Source: Thermoplasmatales archaeon
GTDB lineage: Archaea > Thermoplasmatota > Thermoplasmata > Thermoplasmatales > GCA-001856825
DNA: 64,000 bases
Assembly: GCA_027345195.1 (NCBI GenBank)
Contig: DAHWIJ010000040.1
Coordinates: 7,830-71,829, forward strand
Direction of reading: 5' to 3'
This document shows positions 48,193 to 57,643 of the stretch, one piece after another. The first letter of the stretch is position 1. Every line of letters begins with the position of its first letter. Position numbers and translations under genes: made by a program. The notes under the pieces are model-generated. The model was given only the letters and a program-made list of their open reading frames with translations. It did no database searches and was not told where the DNA came from.

Positions 48193-49527
48193 ATGAGAAA
48201 TGAGGGGGAAACTGGTGGTGAGAATTTTTCAGAACTTGCCATCAAGTACTCCAGAGAATATCTAGGAAAGATACAGACCATGCCTAAGGTCCCTGTTAGA
48301 AGCCTGAGTGACTTTTCGGTATGGTATACACCCGGCGTCGCTGCAGTTTCGCTGGAAATAGCGAGAAATAAGGACCTTTCGTTCGACATGACCTGGAGAT
48401 GGAATACGGTAGCAATAGTGACAGATGGGACCAGGGTTCTAGGACTTGGGAACGTAGGACCAGAGGCATCCCTGCCAGTCATGGAAGGGAAGGGGCTCAT
48501 TTTCAAGTATCTGGGAGGGGTCGATGCAATACCCATCCCTGTGAACGTTCATGAAAGGGAGCAGATAGCCAGTGTCGTGAAGGCAATAGAACCCGCGTTC
48601 GGGGGCATCAATCTAGAAGATATCGAGTCGCCGAAGTGTTTCTACCTTCTGGAGACCCTTAGAAAAGAGATGAACATACCCGTGTGGCACGACGATCAAC
48701 TCGGTACCGCTGGAGCAACACTAGCGGGACTGCTTAACGCACTAAAGCTGACAGGAAGGAATGAGAGGGATACTAAGATCGTGGTCGTTGGGTCAGGTGC
48801 TGCGAACATCGCGACGATAAAGCTCTTTGAGGCTGCCGGATTTGACATAGGAAATATCACTGCTGTTGATTCACATGGAATACTGCACCCCGAAAGGGAG
48901 GACATGGACTCTCTCATGAGGAACAACCCCTGGAAGTACGACCTTGGCATCAGAACAAACAGGAGAAGGATCAGTGGTGACATTAAGGATGCGATGGATG
49001 GGGCAGACGTTGTTATTGCCGCATCAAAACCCGGCCCAGGAGTCATAAAGGGAGAATGGATCAAGAGGATGGAAAGACGGGCAATTGTCTTTGCGTTGGC
49101 AAATCCTGTTCCAGAGATATGGCCAAACGAGGCCAAGGAATATGGCGCTGAGATCGTGGGGACCGGTAGGTCTGATTTCCCAAATCAGGTCAACAATAGC
49201 CTCGTTTTTCCAGGGGTTTTCAGGGGAGCACTTGACGCGAGGGTGAAGAAAATCAACGAACAGATGGTCGTCAGGGCATCAAAAGAACTGGCATTGTTCG
49301 CGGAAGAGAGAGGGATAAGCAGTGACTACATAATCCCAACCATGGAAGAATGGGAAGTGTTTCCGAGAGTTGCAGCAGCGATAGCTGACGAGGGAGTGAA
49401 GGAGAACCTTGCAAGGGTAAGGAAAAGTCAGCAGGAGTTTTATTCCAGAGCCAAGGAGATAATATCAGGCAACAGGGAAATGATAGAAAAAATGATGGGC
49501 CAGGGACTTATTAAGGGGGTGAAATGA
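48193..49527 (+). CDS. NAD(P)-dependent malic enzyme
   Basis: YTPGVA, VTDGTRVLGLGN, PVMEGK, INLEDI, HDDQ, ANPVPEI, PNQVNN. Confidence 0.95.
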   Translation: MRNEGETGGENFSELAIKYSREYLGKIQTMPKVPVRSLSDFSVWYTPGVAAVSLEIARNKDLSFDMTWRWNTVAIVTDGTRVLGLGNVGPEASLPVMEGKGLIFKYLGGVDAIPIPVNVHEREQIASVVKAIEPAFGGINLEDIESPKCFYLLETLRKEMNIPVWHDDQLGTAGATLAGLLNALKLTGRNERDTKIVVVGSGAANIATIKLFEAAGFDIGNITAVDSHGILHPEREDMDSLMRNNPWKYDLGIRTNRRRISGDIKDAMDGADVVIAASKPGPGVIKGEWIKRMERRAIVFALANPVPEIWPNEAKEYGAEIVGTGRSDFPNQVNNSLVFPGVFRGALDARVKKINEQMVVRASKELALFAEERGISSDYIIPTMEEWEVFPRVAAAIADEGVKENLARVRKSQQEFYSRAKEIISGNREMIEKMMGQGLIKGVK

Positions 49528-50003
49528 AAATGGAAGAGATAAGGATAAGAGACCTCAGGAAAGAAGATTTGAAGGATGCCACGAATTTAGTCGTGAGACT
49601 CAAGAAATTCAATTCTGAACATGATCCGCTTTTCAGCGTCTCTCCTGATCTGGAGAAGAACGTTGCTGAGTACCTTGAGAGCGCAATAAAAATGGAGACC
49701 AGAGACGTTCTGGTCGCTGACTATAAGAAGAAGATAGTTGGTGTCATCATGGGGGAGATTCTCAATAGGCCCTTCTATCAGCCTGGGAAGGAGCTGAGGG
49801 TCACGGAGATATACCTCCTTCCGGAGTTCAGGAAGAGCGGATTGGGAAAGAGGATGCTTGATGTGCTGATAGAGAAAGAGAAGGGGAAGAGCTGCAATAT
49901 TGTTACAGTGGAGTTCCCCTCAGAGAATCTGCTCGCACACAAGTTCTACACCAGTCTGGGGATGAGGAGCATCCTGTCAATATACGGAAAGAAACTGGAA
50001 TAG
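49524..50003 (+). CDS. GNAT family acetyltransferase
   Basis: IYLLPEFRKSGLGKRML and NLLAHKFYTSLG. ATGA overlap with the malic enzyme gene. Confidence 0.88.
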   Translation: MKMEEIRIRDLRKEDLKDATNLVVRLKKFNSEHDPLFSVSPDLEKNVAEYLESAIKMETRDVLVADYKKKIVGVIMGEILNRPFYQPGKELRVTEIYLLPEFRKSGLGKRMLDVLIEKEKGKSCNIVTVEFPSENLLAHKFYTSLGMRSILSIYGKKLE

Positions 50004-50111
50004 GGAGAGAAGACAAGCTTTATGTCGAGGTCTTCGCAATTCGCATTCTGACCGTGAGTCTGCCTTATGTTTGGCTGAACTCCTCCCCTATCCGCTTGAG
50101 ATCACAGGCAC

Positions 50112-50552
50112 CTACGCGATGTATCTCGAAAGGTATAGAGAAATGAGGAGAATCACGAAGACTGTGGCGGCGATTGCTATGAACGCGCGGTCTCTCTCCT
50201 TCGCATATATCAATATTTGTAGGAATATCCTACCGATAGGGGAGAGGATCAGCAGCAGTATTCCGAGCTGTATTATCCCGAAAGATTTGAACTGAAGCAC
50301 TCCGTACGCAATAGCCCCAAGGTAGTGGGGGAACACATTTGTTGATGGCCCCCCAGACTTAATCAGTACGTCCAGTGGAACTTTCAAGTAACCGGTATTG
50401 CCAATTATAACGTATTCAACAACTCCGATTACTATTACGGCGAGTGATATCAAGACGCTCCATATGAGATATAAGGGGAGTATCTTCGAAGAAATGTCTT
50501 CCTCTTCTTCCTTTTCCCGCTCTATCTCTTTTTCCCTTATGCCAGATTCTAT
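50112..50552 (-). CDS. DUF1634 membrane protein
   Basis: IQLGILLLILSPIGR motif and the usual position after a TauE gene. The frame is open back to an ATA at 50552. The track start is TTG 50453. Confidence 0.75.
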   Translation of the reverse strand: MESGIREKEIEREKEEEEDISSKILPLYLIWSVLISLAVIVIGVVEYVIIGNTGYLKVPLDVLIKSGGPSTNVFPHYLGAIAYGVLQFKSFGIIQLGILLLILSPIGRIFLQILIYAKERDRAFIAIAATVFVILLISLYLSRYIA

Positions 50553-51421
50553 ACCCGTATTCCCACCCCGTTAAGAAGCATCTCTACAGCGACAACCACT
50601 ATTATTACAGCAAAGATGATCCTCACCGTCGATCCCCTTGTCTTCACCAAAAGCCTTGCACCAAGCACTGCCCCTATCAGGACTCCAACTGCCACTGGGG
50701 CAGAAATGTAGGGATTTACATATCCGTTGAAGAAGTATATCCCAGCACTGGCCGCAGCCGTCATCCCTATCATGAAATTTGATGTAGTTGTTGAGACCTT
50801 TATCGGAAGCTTCATGAACGTATCCATGGCTATTACCTTGAAGACTCCGGAACCTATCCCTAGAAGACCTGATAGGACGCCTGCCACGAACATCATTGCA
50901 GAACCGCTCTTAACGCCTGCTACGTTGTATCCGACTTCTCTGCCAAGTTCCATATTGTGATAGTGAGAGTTGAGTGAGAGTTTCTCAGCTATCGGATCGT
51001 TCTTCACGTTGCTTGGCTGATTGACCTCCCCCATCCTCTTCAGAAGTGGCAGGATTGATATGAGAAGGACCGTGCCGAATACGAGGTAGATAATTCTTGT
51101 TGGCGCTATGTGTTCGAGGAAAGCCCCTACTATAGCTCCTGTGGTGGTGAAAAGAACAAGAAATGTTCCAACCCTAATGTTGGATATCCTGTCTTTGACG
51201 TAAGCGGAAGCAGAACCGCTTGACGTAGCGATGACGGAAATTATCGAGGCACCTATTGCAAGAGATACCGGGACGTGAAAGTAAAGGGTGAGGAATGGCA
51301 CAATGAGAACACCCCCACCCAGACCTGCCATCGATCCTATGATCCCAGCAAAAACTGCTGTGATTAAAATTAATAAAATGTAGGAAATGGTTAAGTCAAA
51401 CACCGAGGTTAATCTGGACAA
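50549..51421 (-). CDS. TauE/SafE (TSUP) sulfite exporter family protein
   Basis: GSMAGLGGG..IVP, SVIATSSGS, SGLLGIGSG, TTSNFMIG. Confidence 0.9.
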   Translation of the reverse strand: MSRLTSVFDLTISYILLILITAVFAGIIGSMAGLGGGVLIVPFLTLYFHVPVSLAIGASIISVIATSSGSASAYVKDRISNIRVGTFLVLFTTTGAIVGAFLEHIAPTRIIYLVFGTVLLISILPLLKRMGEVNQPSNVKNDPIAEKLSLNSHYHNMELGREVGYNVAGVKSGSAMMFVAGVLSGLLGIGSGVFKVIAMDTFMKLPIKVSTTTSNFMIGMTAAASAGIYFFNGYVNPYISAPVAVGVLIGAVLGARLLVKTRGSTVRIIFAVIIVVVAVEMLLNGVGIRV

Positions 51422-51443
51422 TGGAGATTAATTTTGCTTAAGC

Positions 51444-51902
51444 TCACGTGAACTTTATGTTGTCCACGTACTTCGCCCTCTCAAGCACCTTGAACTTTGA
51501 GACACTTTTCGGAACTTCCAGAAACTTCACGTTTACAAGAGATTCAACATACCTGTCAAAATCAGATTCTGTGATATCCTTCAGCACAAGATTTTGGATG
51601 TTCCTGAAAGCAACTTTTCTGTTGTTCTTTGCCAGTTCGCTTCCAGATATTTCTATAGAATTGAGGTCCTGGACATATGTCACCCTTGAATCCCTGACGG
51701 CGTTGATGAACTCCTCCCCCACCTTTCTTGTCTCCTCTGCTGCAGATATCAGGACCTTGAAGGCATCGTTTGTCAGTTCTCCCACCGTCCTTCCAGTCTC
51801 ATTTGCCAGTTTTTTGACCCTTTCATATACCCTCCTCTGTACGCCCTTAATTGATATATTTTCCGTATCTTCGTCTCCGCTTTCCTTTTTCTTATCTGCC
51901 AT
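51444..51902 (-). CDS. Hypothetical protein with ribbon-helix-helix-like N-terminus
   Basis: ENISIKGVQRRVYERVKKLANETGRTVGELTNDA fits the RHH pattern. Confidence 0.65.
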   Translation of the reverse strand: MADKKKESGDEDTENISIKGVQRRVYERVKKLANETGRTVGELTNDAFKVLISAAEETRKVGEEFINAVRDSRVTYVQDLNSIEISGSELAKNNRKVAFRNIQNLVLKDITESDFDRYVESLVNVKFLEVPKSVSKFKVLERAKYVDNIKFT

Positions 51903-51949
51903 AGTAATGTATAGATTTCAGGAATATAAGATTTCTGGTTTTCTGGAAA

Positions 51950-52657
51950 TCAAGATTTCAAAAAGCTGTTGACAAGGCCTGCGACCTGCTCCGGTTTACG
52001 AACATGAGGAACATGCCCCCCTCCATCTATCTCCTGAAATACGCATGAAGGAATGAGTTCCTTGAGGCGCAAACCGTGTTCTATTGGAATCACCGTATCA
52101 TCCTTGCCCCAGATTATGAGGGTTTTTACTTTAAGCCCCCGCAATTCAGACTCCTTCATTTTCCATACTGGGTTGGCATTGTTCCTGACTATGTTGTCGA
52201 TGACATACTCAGAATTCATCGAGTTGCTTTTTACCACCATTTTCACGAACTGTCTTCTCCTCTCTTCGTCAGTTTCTCCGAATGTTCTGTTTATCCCTGC
52301 GCTATCTTCGAGAACTAAATGCGATGGAAGTTGCCTGTCGACGGAAAAACGCATGGCAATCCACCCTCCGTAGGAATTACCCATCAAAGAGTATTCCTCC
52401 AGATGCTTTTCGCGAGCGAATTCCTCAATGACGTCCTCCTGGACGGAAACTGTGTACTCCATTTCCCTCTTCTCAGATCTGCCGTGCCCAAGGAGATCGA
52501 GGAAATAGAGCCCGAACTCAGAGTCCATATACTGGGATAGTTTGATCCAAGAGTTACCTGTGCCGCCGAGGCCGTGGAGGAATATCACGGGTATGGGGCC
52601 ATCCCTTTCTATGTACGATACCGTACCATGAGATGACTTGAAACTTTTCCTGATCAC
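51950..52657 (-). CDS. Alpha/beta hydrolase
   Basis: FLHGLGG, DLLGHGRS, GNSYGG nucleophile, WGKDD, GHVPH. GTG 52657 preferred. Confidence 0.9.
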   Translation of the reverse strand: MIRKSFKSSHGTVSYIERDGPIPVIFLHGLGGTGNSWIKLSQYMDSEFGLYFLDLLGHGRSEKREMEYTVSVQEDVIEEFAREKHLEEYSLMGNSYGGWIAMRFSVDRQLPSHLVLEDSAGINRTFGETDEERRRQFVKMVVKSNSMNSEYVIDNIVRNNANPVWKMKESELRGLKVKTLIIWGKDDTVIPIEHGLRLKELIPSCVFQEIDGGGHVPHVRKPEQVAGLVNSFLKS

Positions 52658-52737
52658 TGGGTGATATAAACTTACGCAATAAATCCTTACTCTAATTCCT
52701 CCACTACCTTTATAAGGGGTTAAAATCATACTCTACT

Positions 52738-53316
52738 ATGCTTAAGATAGCTTCCAGCAGGAGCCTGAACATCGCCGGCATCCTCCTTTTCGTATTCTCA
52801 GTACAATTTGTGATAACGATGTTTATAGCTGAATCACTTTACCCACACTACAGCATTGCCAACAACTACATCAGTGACCTTGGAGTTGGATCGACGGGCA
52901 TGCTGTTTGACTCTTCCATATCCTTCCTGGGCATCGCTGTCATCATATCTTCTTATTTCGTTTACAAGGGCTTCGACGCCAAAATATTTCCGGTCCTGAT
53001 CGCACTTACTGGATTGGGTGCTCTTTTGGTGGGGGTCTTCAACGAACACTTCGGGGCTATACACGGTTATGTGTCGTTTTTCACCTTCATACTGGGACCT
53101 CTCACCGCAATATATGCCTACAGGTATGAAACATCTCCGTTTAAATTCGTGTCCGTGGTATTGGGCATTATCTCATATCTTGCCATAGCCCTGCCGGTAC
53201 TTTACGGCAACTCACTCTTCGGCGCTGGAGGGTGGGAAAGATTGGTTGTTTACCCCTTCCTTTTATGGGGAGTAGGATACGGAGCCTTTTTGATGGGCCT
53301 CTCTTACAGGAAATAG
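52738..53316 (+). CDS. DUF998 membrane protein
   Basis: YPHYSIANNYISDLG, GVF, H, GGWERL motifs. Confidence 0.82.
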   Translation: MLKIASSRSLNIAGILLFVFSVQFVITMFIAESLYPHYSIANNYISDLGVGSTGMLFDSSISFLGIAVIISSYFVYKGFDAKIFPVLIALTGLGALLVGVFNEHFGAIHGYVSFFTFILGPLTAIYAYRYETSPFKFVSVVLGIISYLAIALPVLYGNSLFGAGGWERLVVYPFLLWGVGYGAFLMGLSYRK

Positions 53317-53348
53317 GGGGAACCTGAAGATCGGAGATTTATCCCGCT

Positions 53349-54494
53349 TCACTCCCTCTCGTCTTCGTCCGATATCCCTAGAGTCTTGACCGTAGGGAGA
53401 CCAGTGCCCAGGATACCCTGAAGGTCCCCAAACATCCCTGAAAAATTTATCATTGTTCTCTCTATCTCTTTCGTCCTCCTTGCCCATTGCCTCTCCATCG
53501 ATCTGCGCTCCGTTTCCAACTCCTCCCTCATACTCACGATACCTTGGGCGACTGCCTCGACCCTTTGCCTGAACTCCGTGCTGGTCAGGTATCTGTATAG
53601 AATGTCCTTCATCTCACTTCCGCTCTCTCCCAACCGTTTTTGCCTTGCGAGCTCGATGAGATTGCTTCTTGCTATTCCGGCGAGGGGAATCGCACTTTCA
53701 AAATCACTTATCAGTATCCCTTCCCTCATCCCGAAATTTTTGATTTCCCTTGGAAGTGTCTTTGAAACTATTATTCCTATCTCCGCCCTGTATTTAACCA
53801 GGTCCTCCTTTAGCTTTGCTATCCATTCATCGTTCCACTCCTTTGTCCTCTTTGCCTCCCAGGCGATTCTTCCGGATTCCATGCCTGAAGAGTTCCTGAC
53901 TGTCTGTATCAGGTCCGGCCCCTTTGTACCCTGCGGAACAGGTTCTATGGAATCTAACGAGAAAGCACTCCTCAGCCTGTCCTCTAGTTCGCCTTCCATC
54001 GCCTCGCCCTGAACCTGCTGTGATCCCTGCTCAAGCTTCTGAGTAAGTTCCTGCACCTTCCTCATTAGCCCTTCTATCTTCTGCTGGTTTTCACGCTTTT
54101 CCAGATTGTAAGCTTCGTCATACTCCCTCCTTAGGGCTTCCCTCATCTTTCCCCTCTCTTCCTCTAATTGCCTTTCTGAGGCCAGCCTCAGCTCCTTTAT
54201 TCTCTCCTCAGTTTCTATTCTCCTTCTCCTTTCCTCGCTCTCCATCTTCCTCGCTTCCTGGAGATGCTTGTCTTTCACGTTTATTGCATCTTCCATCGCA
54301 GCAAGCCTGGAGCTGAATTCTTCCCCTATCTGCTGCTTCATCCTTTCCCTCTCCTCTGCCATCTTCTTCTCCAGCTCTGCCCTTAGCCGCGTCTCGTACA
54401 ACTCGTTGGCCCTCATTTCTATCGATTCCTTCAGAGCGGTAGTTACAGGTATCTCCGCTCCGCAGTTTGGGCATATTACCGTCTCCTCATGCAT
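53349..54494 (-). CDS. DUF2130 coiled-coil protein (RmuC-like)
   Basis: N-terminal CPNCG, long coiled coil, SQQVQGE, WEAKRTKEW, WIAKLKED. Confidence 0.85.
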   Translation of the reverse strand: MHEETVICPNCGAEIPVTTALKESIEMRANELYETRLRAELEKKMAEERERMKQQIGEEFSSRLAAMEDAINVKDKHLQEARKMESEERRRRIETEERIKELRLASERQLEEERGKMREALRREYDEAYNLEKRENQQKIEGLMRKVQELTQKLEQGSQQVQGEAMEGELEDRLRSAFSLDSIEPVPQGTKGPDLIQTVRNSSGMESGRIAWEAKRTKEWNDEWIAKLKEDLVKYRAEIGIIVSKTLPREIKNFGMREGILISDFESAIPLAGIARSNLIELARQKRLGESGSEMKDILYRYLTSTEFRQRVEAVAQGIVSMREELETERRSMERQWARRTKEIERTMINFSGMFGDLQGILGTGLPTVKTLGISDEDERE

Positions 54495-54634
54495 AGATGA
54501 ACCAACTTCCCGGACTATTAATTCTTTTTTGACCTTACATGCACCCCATCATCTCATGAAACGGTCTGTCTCAGATGCGTATGACAACACTTTAATAAAC
54601 CGAACTCCATCCCCCCTCCGTGGGAGGTGCTCTG

Positions 54635-54694
54635 ATGTCGATCAAGAGAAGGCCGGACGATGATGAAGACGACGAGGATGATGATGATTTCTGA
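54635..54694 (+). CDS. Putative 19-aa hyperacidic micro-protein
   Basis: MSIKRRPDDDEDDEDDDDF*, preceded by a GGAGGTG SD (54623-54629) and a TTTAATAAA box (about 54590-54599). Confidence 0.5.
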   Translation: MSIKRRPDDDEDDEDDDDF

Positions 54695-54698
54695 ACCC

Positions 54699-55151
54699 AT
54701 GATAAGGAGGGGCAATTTAGGCGACCTGGAAGGGATTGAGAAAGTCGAAAACAGAGCATTCGGGGAGCATGCCTACGATCACCAAGCGCTCCAATACATG
54801 CTCGCCATAGCAAACTCAGTCACAACTGTAGCGACGGTCGATGGAACTATTGTGGCATATGCCACCGTTTACTTCAGGAAGAACTCGAGCATTTCTCACC
54901 TCGAGAGTATTGCAGTAGATCCTGATTATCAGGGAACGGGAATTGGCAAGATTCTCATAAGGGAAGTTGACAGGGTATCCGAGGAGAGGGGGTGTTCCAG
55001 AATTGTGCTCGAGACGTTTGAGAAAAATGTCTCCGCACTGAATCTTTACGTACGCAGTGGATACAAGGTCAAGGAGCTGGTACTGAACTACTACCGCACC
55101 CCATACCGGGGATCGAGAAATGCTATCAGGCTTGAGAAGAGTCTTGACTGA
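54699..55151 (+). CDS. RimI/Ard1-like N-acetyltransferase (GNAT)
   Basis: MIRR...IEKVE, HLESIAVDPDYQGTGIG, NVSALNLY, NYY. ATG 54699 preferred. Confidence 0.88.
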   Translation: MIRRGNLGDLEGIEKVENRAFGEHAYDHQALQYMLAIANSVTTVATVDGTIVAYATVYFRKNSSISHLESIAVDPDYQGTGIGKILIREVDRVSEERGCSRIVLETFEKNVSALNLYVRSGYKVKELVLNYYRTPYRGSRNAIRLEKSLD

Positions 55152-55185
55152 AATAATTATTTAGCCGGCTTGAATAGCCTGCTCA

Positions 55186-55605
55186 ATGATAAGGGTCCTC
55201 GCAACTGGTGTTTTTGACATACTGCATCCCGGTCACGTGCACTTCCTTACGGAATCAAAGAAACTCGGTGACGAGCTGGTTGTGGTAGTTGCGAGGGATT
55301 CGGTGGCAGAGAAGATGAAGAGACGTCCCTTCATTCCAGAGAACATTAGGGTTGCAATGGTTGCAGCCTTGAAGCCCGTTGACAGGGCAATACTTGGGGT
55401 CGAGGGCAACATTTATGACATATTGACAACGGTGAGACCGAACATAGTTACCCTGGGCTACGACCAGAATTTTGATCCTGAAGAGATTGTGAATGAAGGA
55501 AAGAAGAGGGGTATTGACCTCAAGGTGGTAAGGATATCCAAATACTCAGAGAGCGAGTTCGACGGGACGAGAAAGATCATAAGGATGCTTAAGGAAAAAT
55601 CATAG
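55186..55605 (+). CDS. ribL: FAD synthetase (archaeal RibL, cytidylyltransferase fold)
   Basis: ATGVFDILHPGH, VVVARD, LKPVDRA, LGYDQ. Confidence 0.85.
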   Translation: MIRVLATGVFDILHPGHVHFLTESKKLGDELVVVVARDSVAEKMKRRPFIPENIRVAMVAALKPVDRAILGVEGNIYDILTTVRPNIVTLGYDQNFDPEEIVNEGKKRGIDLKVVRISKYSESEFDGTRKIIRMLKEKS

Positions 55606-56346
55606 GTCTGGCCAGTTTTTCAGTGATCGCAACCTGTCCGCCATGAAGGATATTGCCTCTTTCACATTACTTGCGTTGTTGAAGGATGATGAGTGTCCTG
55701 AGTAATCGCTCTCCCTGAATTCCAAGAAATTCCTGAATGTCCTTGTGACATCGTCAACTATGGTGATGTCACTGTACCTGGATGTCCGGGAGAGTGGGTT
55801 GAGGTCCAAGGATATAACGAACTTCCCCATCTTTTTGAGGGCTTCTGCCCTGTCCCCATCCTCCAGAGGTATGAGCACCGTGTCGGCAGAGAATATGCCC
55901 GCGCTTTCACACTTTCCCCTGTTGCTGTCGAGACCTGGTATAAGAGCATCCTGATTCATTCCCAAGACTTCCAACCCCATCCTCCTGAAAAGTGAGACGA
56001 TCTTCTCCATTCTCTCCTTCGACCAGTAGAATATGTTTGCTTCCACCGTCACCCCGAACTTCCTTGCGAAGTCAGCTATCTCCTTCCCGGCGAGCGCTGC
56101 AACGTTCCCATTAACAGATATGACGGCATTCCTTGAATTGAGAATCCTGTCAAGAGCCGCCTTTTCGGCCTCGATCGCGAACGGCCTGCTCTTTTCCCCG
56201 ATGATGTAATCGAAAGCCTCCCCCCTCCCGTGGGATATCAACCCGGAGACCGTAACAATCCCCTTTTCATAGAAATCTATCAGGGCCTCTCTCCTCTTGA
56301 GGCTTTCATATCTTGGATGCCCCTTAGGTATTTCCAATCTGATCAC
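55600..56346 (-). CDS. 4-phosphopantoate--beta-alanine ligase (phosphopantothenate synthetase)
   Basis: HPRYESL..RE, HGRGEAFDY..GE, SVNGN, PLEDGDR, DLNPLSRT. Confidence 0.92.
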   Translation of the reverse strand: MIRLEIPKGHPRYESLKRREALIDFYEKGIVTVSGLISHGRGEAFDYIIGEKSRPFAIEAEKAALDRILNSRNAVISVNGNVAALAGKEIADFARKFGVTVEANIFYWSKERMEKIVSLFRRMGLEVLGMNQDALIPGLDSNRGKCESAGIFSADTVLIPLEDGDRAEALKKMGKFVISLDLNPLSRTSRYSDITIVDDVTRTFRNFLEFRESDYSGHSSSFNNASNVKEAISFMADRLRSLKNWPDL

Positions 56347-57643
56347 CCAACACTTCGTTGAGCCTTCTAAGGAATGATTCCTCCTTATCGAAGGGTATCT
56401 CTCCCCCGGCAGCTATGTTGTGGCCCCCTCCGTGACCCCCGACACTTTCGGCAGCCTCCCCAATTGCCTTCGAGAGATCCAACCCCTTCGATAACAGCTC
56501 CCTTGTGCCCCTGCCGGAAATCTTCGTTCCCTTATTCCTGTAAAGGGCTATTACCGGCTTCCGGCCAGATACAAGGTAAAGCATCATTGTACTAGCAGTC
56601 ACGCCCGCGAGATTCGGGTTCTCTACGTATGCCAAATGAAAATTATCGAATTCTTTTCTGGAAGCGTAGGACTTCCTGATCTGTTCGAGGGCCTCCTTCC
56701 TGAGCGTGCTGTAAAGTTCCTCCATTTCCTCCTTGCCATCTTCATACCCCATGAACCATGATGTCGGTAGACCCATCCTTCCGTTCCTTCCCGCGGCATC
56801 GAAATATTCGCTGGCCTGGTTGCCGCTCAAGCCGATGTCCTTGAAAATGAAAGTATCGTTTACAAGTGTCTCATACCCCTCCCTTGCGGCATTCTGCCTG
56901 ACAAGCTGGATAGTCAGTGAATCTACTATCCTCTCCTTCTCGTCTGTCCTGAGACTTGAAACTGGGGAATCTGGGTCTATCCCGAGGTTTTGGAGGAAAT
57001 ATCTGGAACCCTCCAGGTTCCCGCTGAGGCCGTCGAAGTACGGTTCTATGGAGAGGTATATCCCTTCGGATATTGATTTCCCGAAAAAGTTCAGGTCCTT
57101 TGTCGACTGATACCTTCCCTTCATATCTTCTACAATTTTCGCGTTTATACCGCTGAAACCTCCAATATTCTGCTTGTCTCCTATGACGCCAGCAATGAAT
57201 GCAGGAAATAGGTCGTAGTTAGAGGGATCGATTGCAAGAGAAAGAAGGAAGGAAACTGTGCTGGAGCAGGCCTCCCTGGTGCCGTCATAGCCGTACCTCC
57301 TCGGGTTCAGATTTATGACCCCCTGTCGATCAGCACCTGAGAACATATGATGGTCAAGAATTATCACCCCTGCCTCAGGTTTTATGCCTGACGGTACTTC
57401 CGTTCCAAGATCGCTGAGGATTATAGGGTGCTCTCCGGATTCCTTCTTGGCGTCCAGTTCCATCGACCTGAGGAACGAGAGATGGAACCCCTTGTGGAGC
57501 CTCCTAAGCGATTCCGCTATTATTAGTGCAGAAGAAACACCGTCGCCATCATAATGGCTGAAAACCCTGAAAAAACTCTCCTTCTCTATTACCTTCCTTG
57601 CCTCTTCAAATTTTGATGCGTATTCCTCGTTGATCGATATCAT
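56324..57643 (-). CDS. RecJ/Cdc45-like DHH family protein
   Basis: HYDGDG, DLG, DHH, GD.Q and C-terminal DHHA1 GGGHNIAAG. Conserved position after rps15. Confidence 0.9.
   Translation of the reverse strand: MISINEEYASKFEEARKVIEKESFFRVFSHYDGDGVSSALIIAESLRRLHKGFHLSFLRSMELDAKKESGEHPIILSDLGTEVPSGIKPEAGVIILDHHMFSGADRQGVINLNPRRYGYDGTREACSSTVSFLLSLAIDPSNYDLFPAFIAGVIGDKQNIGGFSGINAKIVEDMKGRYQSTKDLNFFGKSISEGIYLSIEPYFDGLSGNLEGSRYFLQNLGIDPDSPVSSLRTDEKERIVDSLTIQLVRQNAAREGYETLVNDTFIFKDIGLSGNQASEYFDAAGRNGRMGLPTSWFMGYEDGKEEMEELYSTLRKEALEQIRKSYASRKEFDNFHLAYVENPNLAGVTASTMMLYLVSGRKPVIALYRNKGTKISGRGTRELLSKGLDLSKAIGEAAESVGGHGGGHNIAAGGEIPFDKEESFLRRLNEVLGDQIGNT

Noticed and set aside
54598-54616. Minus-strand GGGGATGGAGTTCG resembling the fluoride riboswitch 5' end
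   Set aside because: No closing CCCC for P1, no downstream GAUGACUCC pseudoknot strand, and no fluoride-related gene.
54657-54689. GAT/GAC trinucleotide run as a simple microsatellite or CRISPR-like repeat
   Set aside because: Too short, no spacers, and synonymous variation is better explained by an Asp/Glu-coding micro-ORF.
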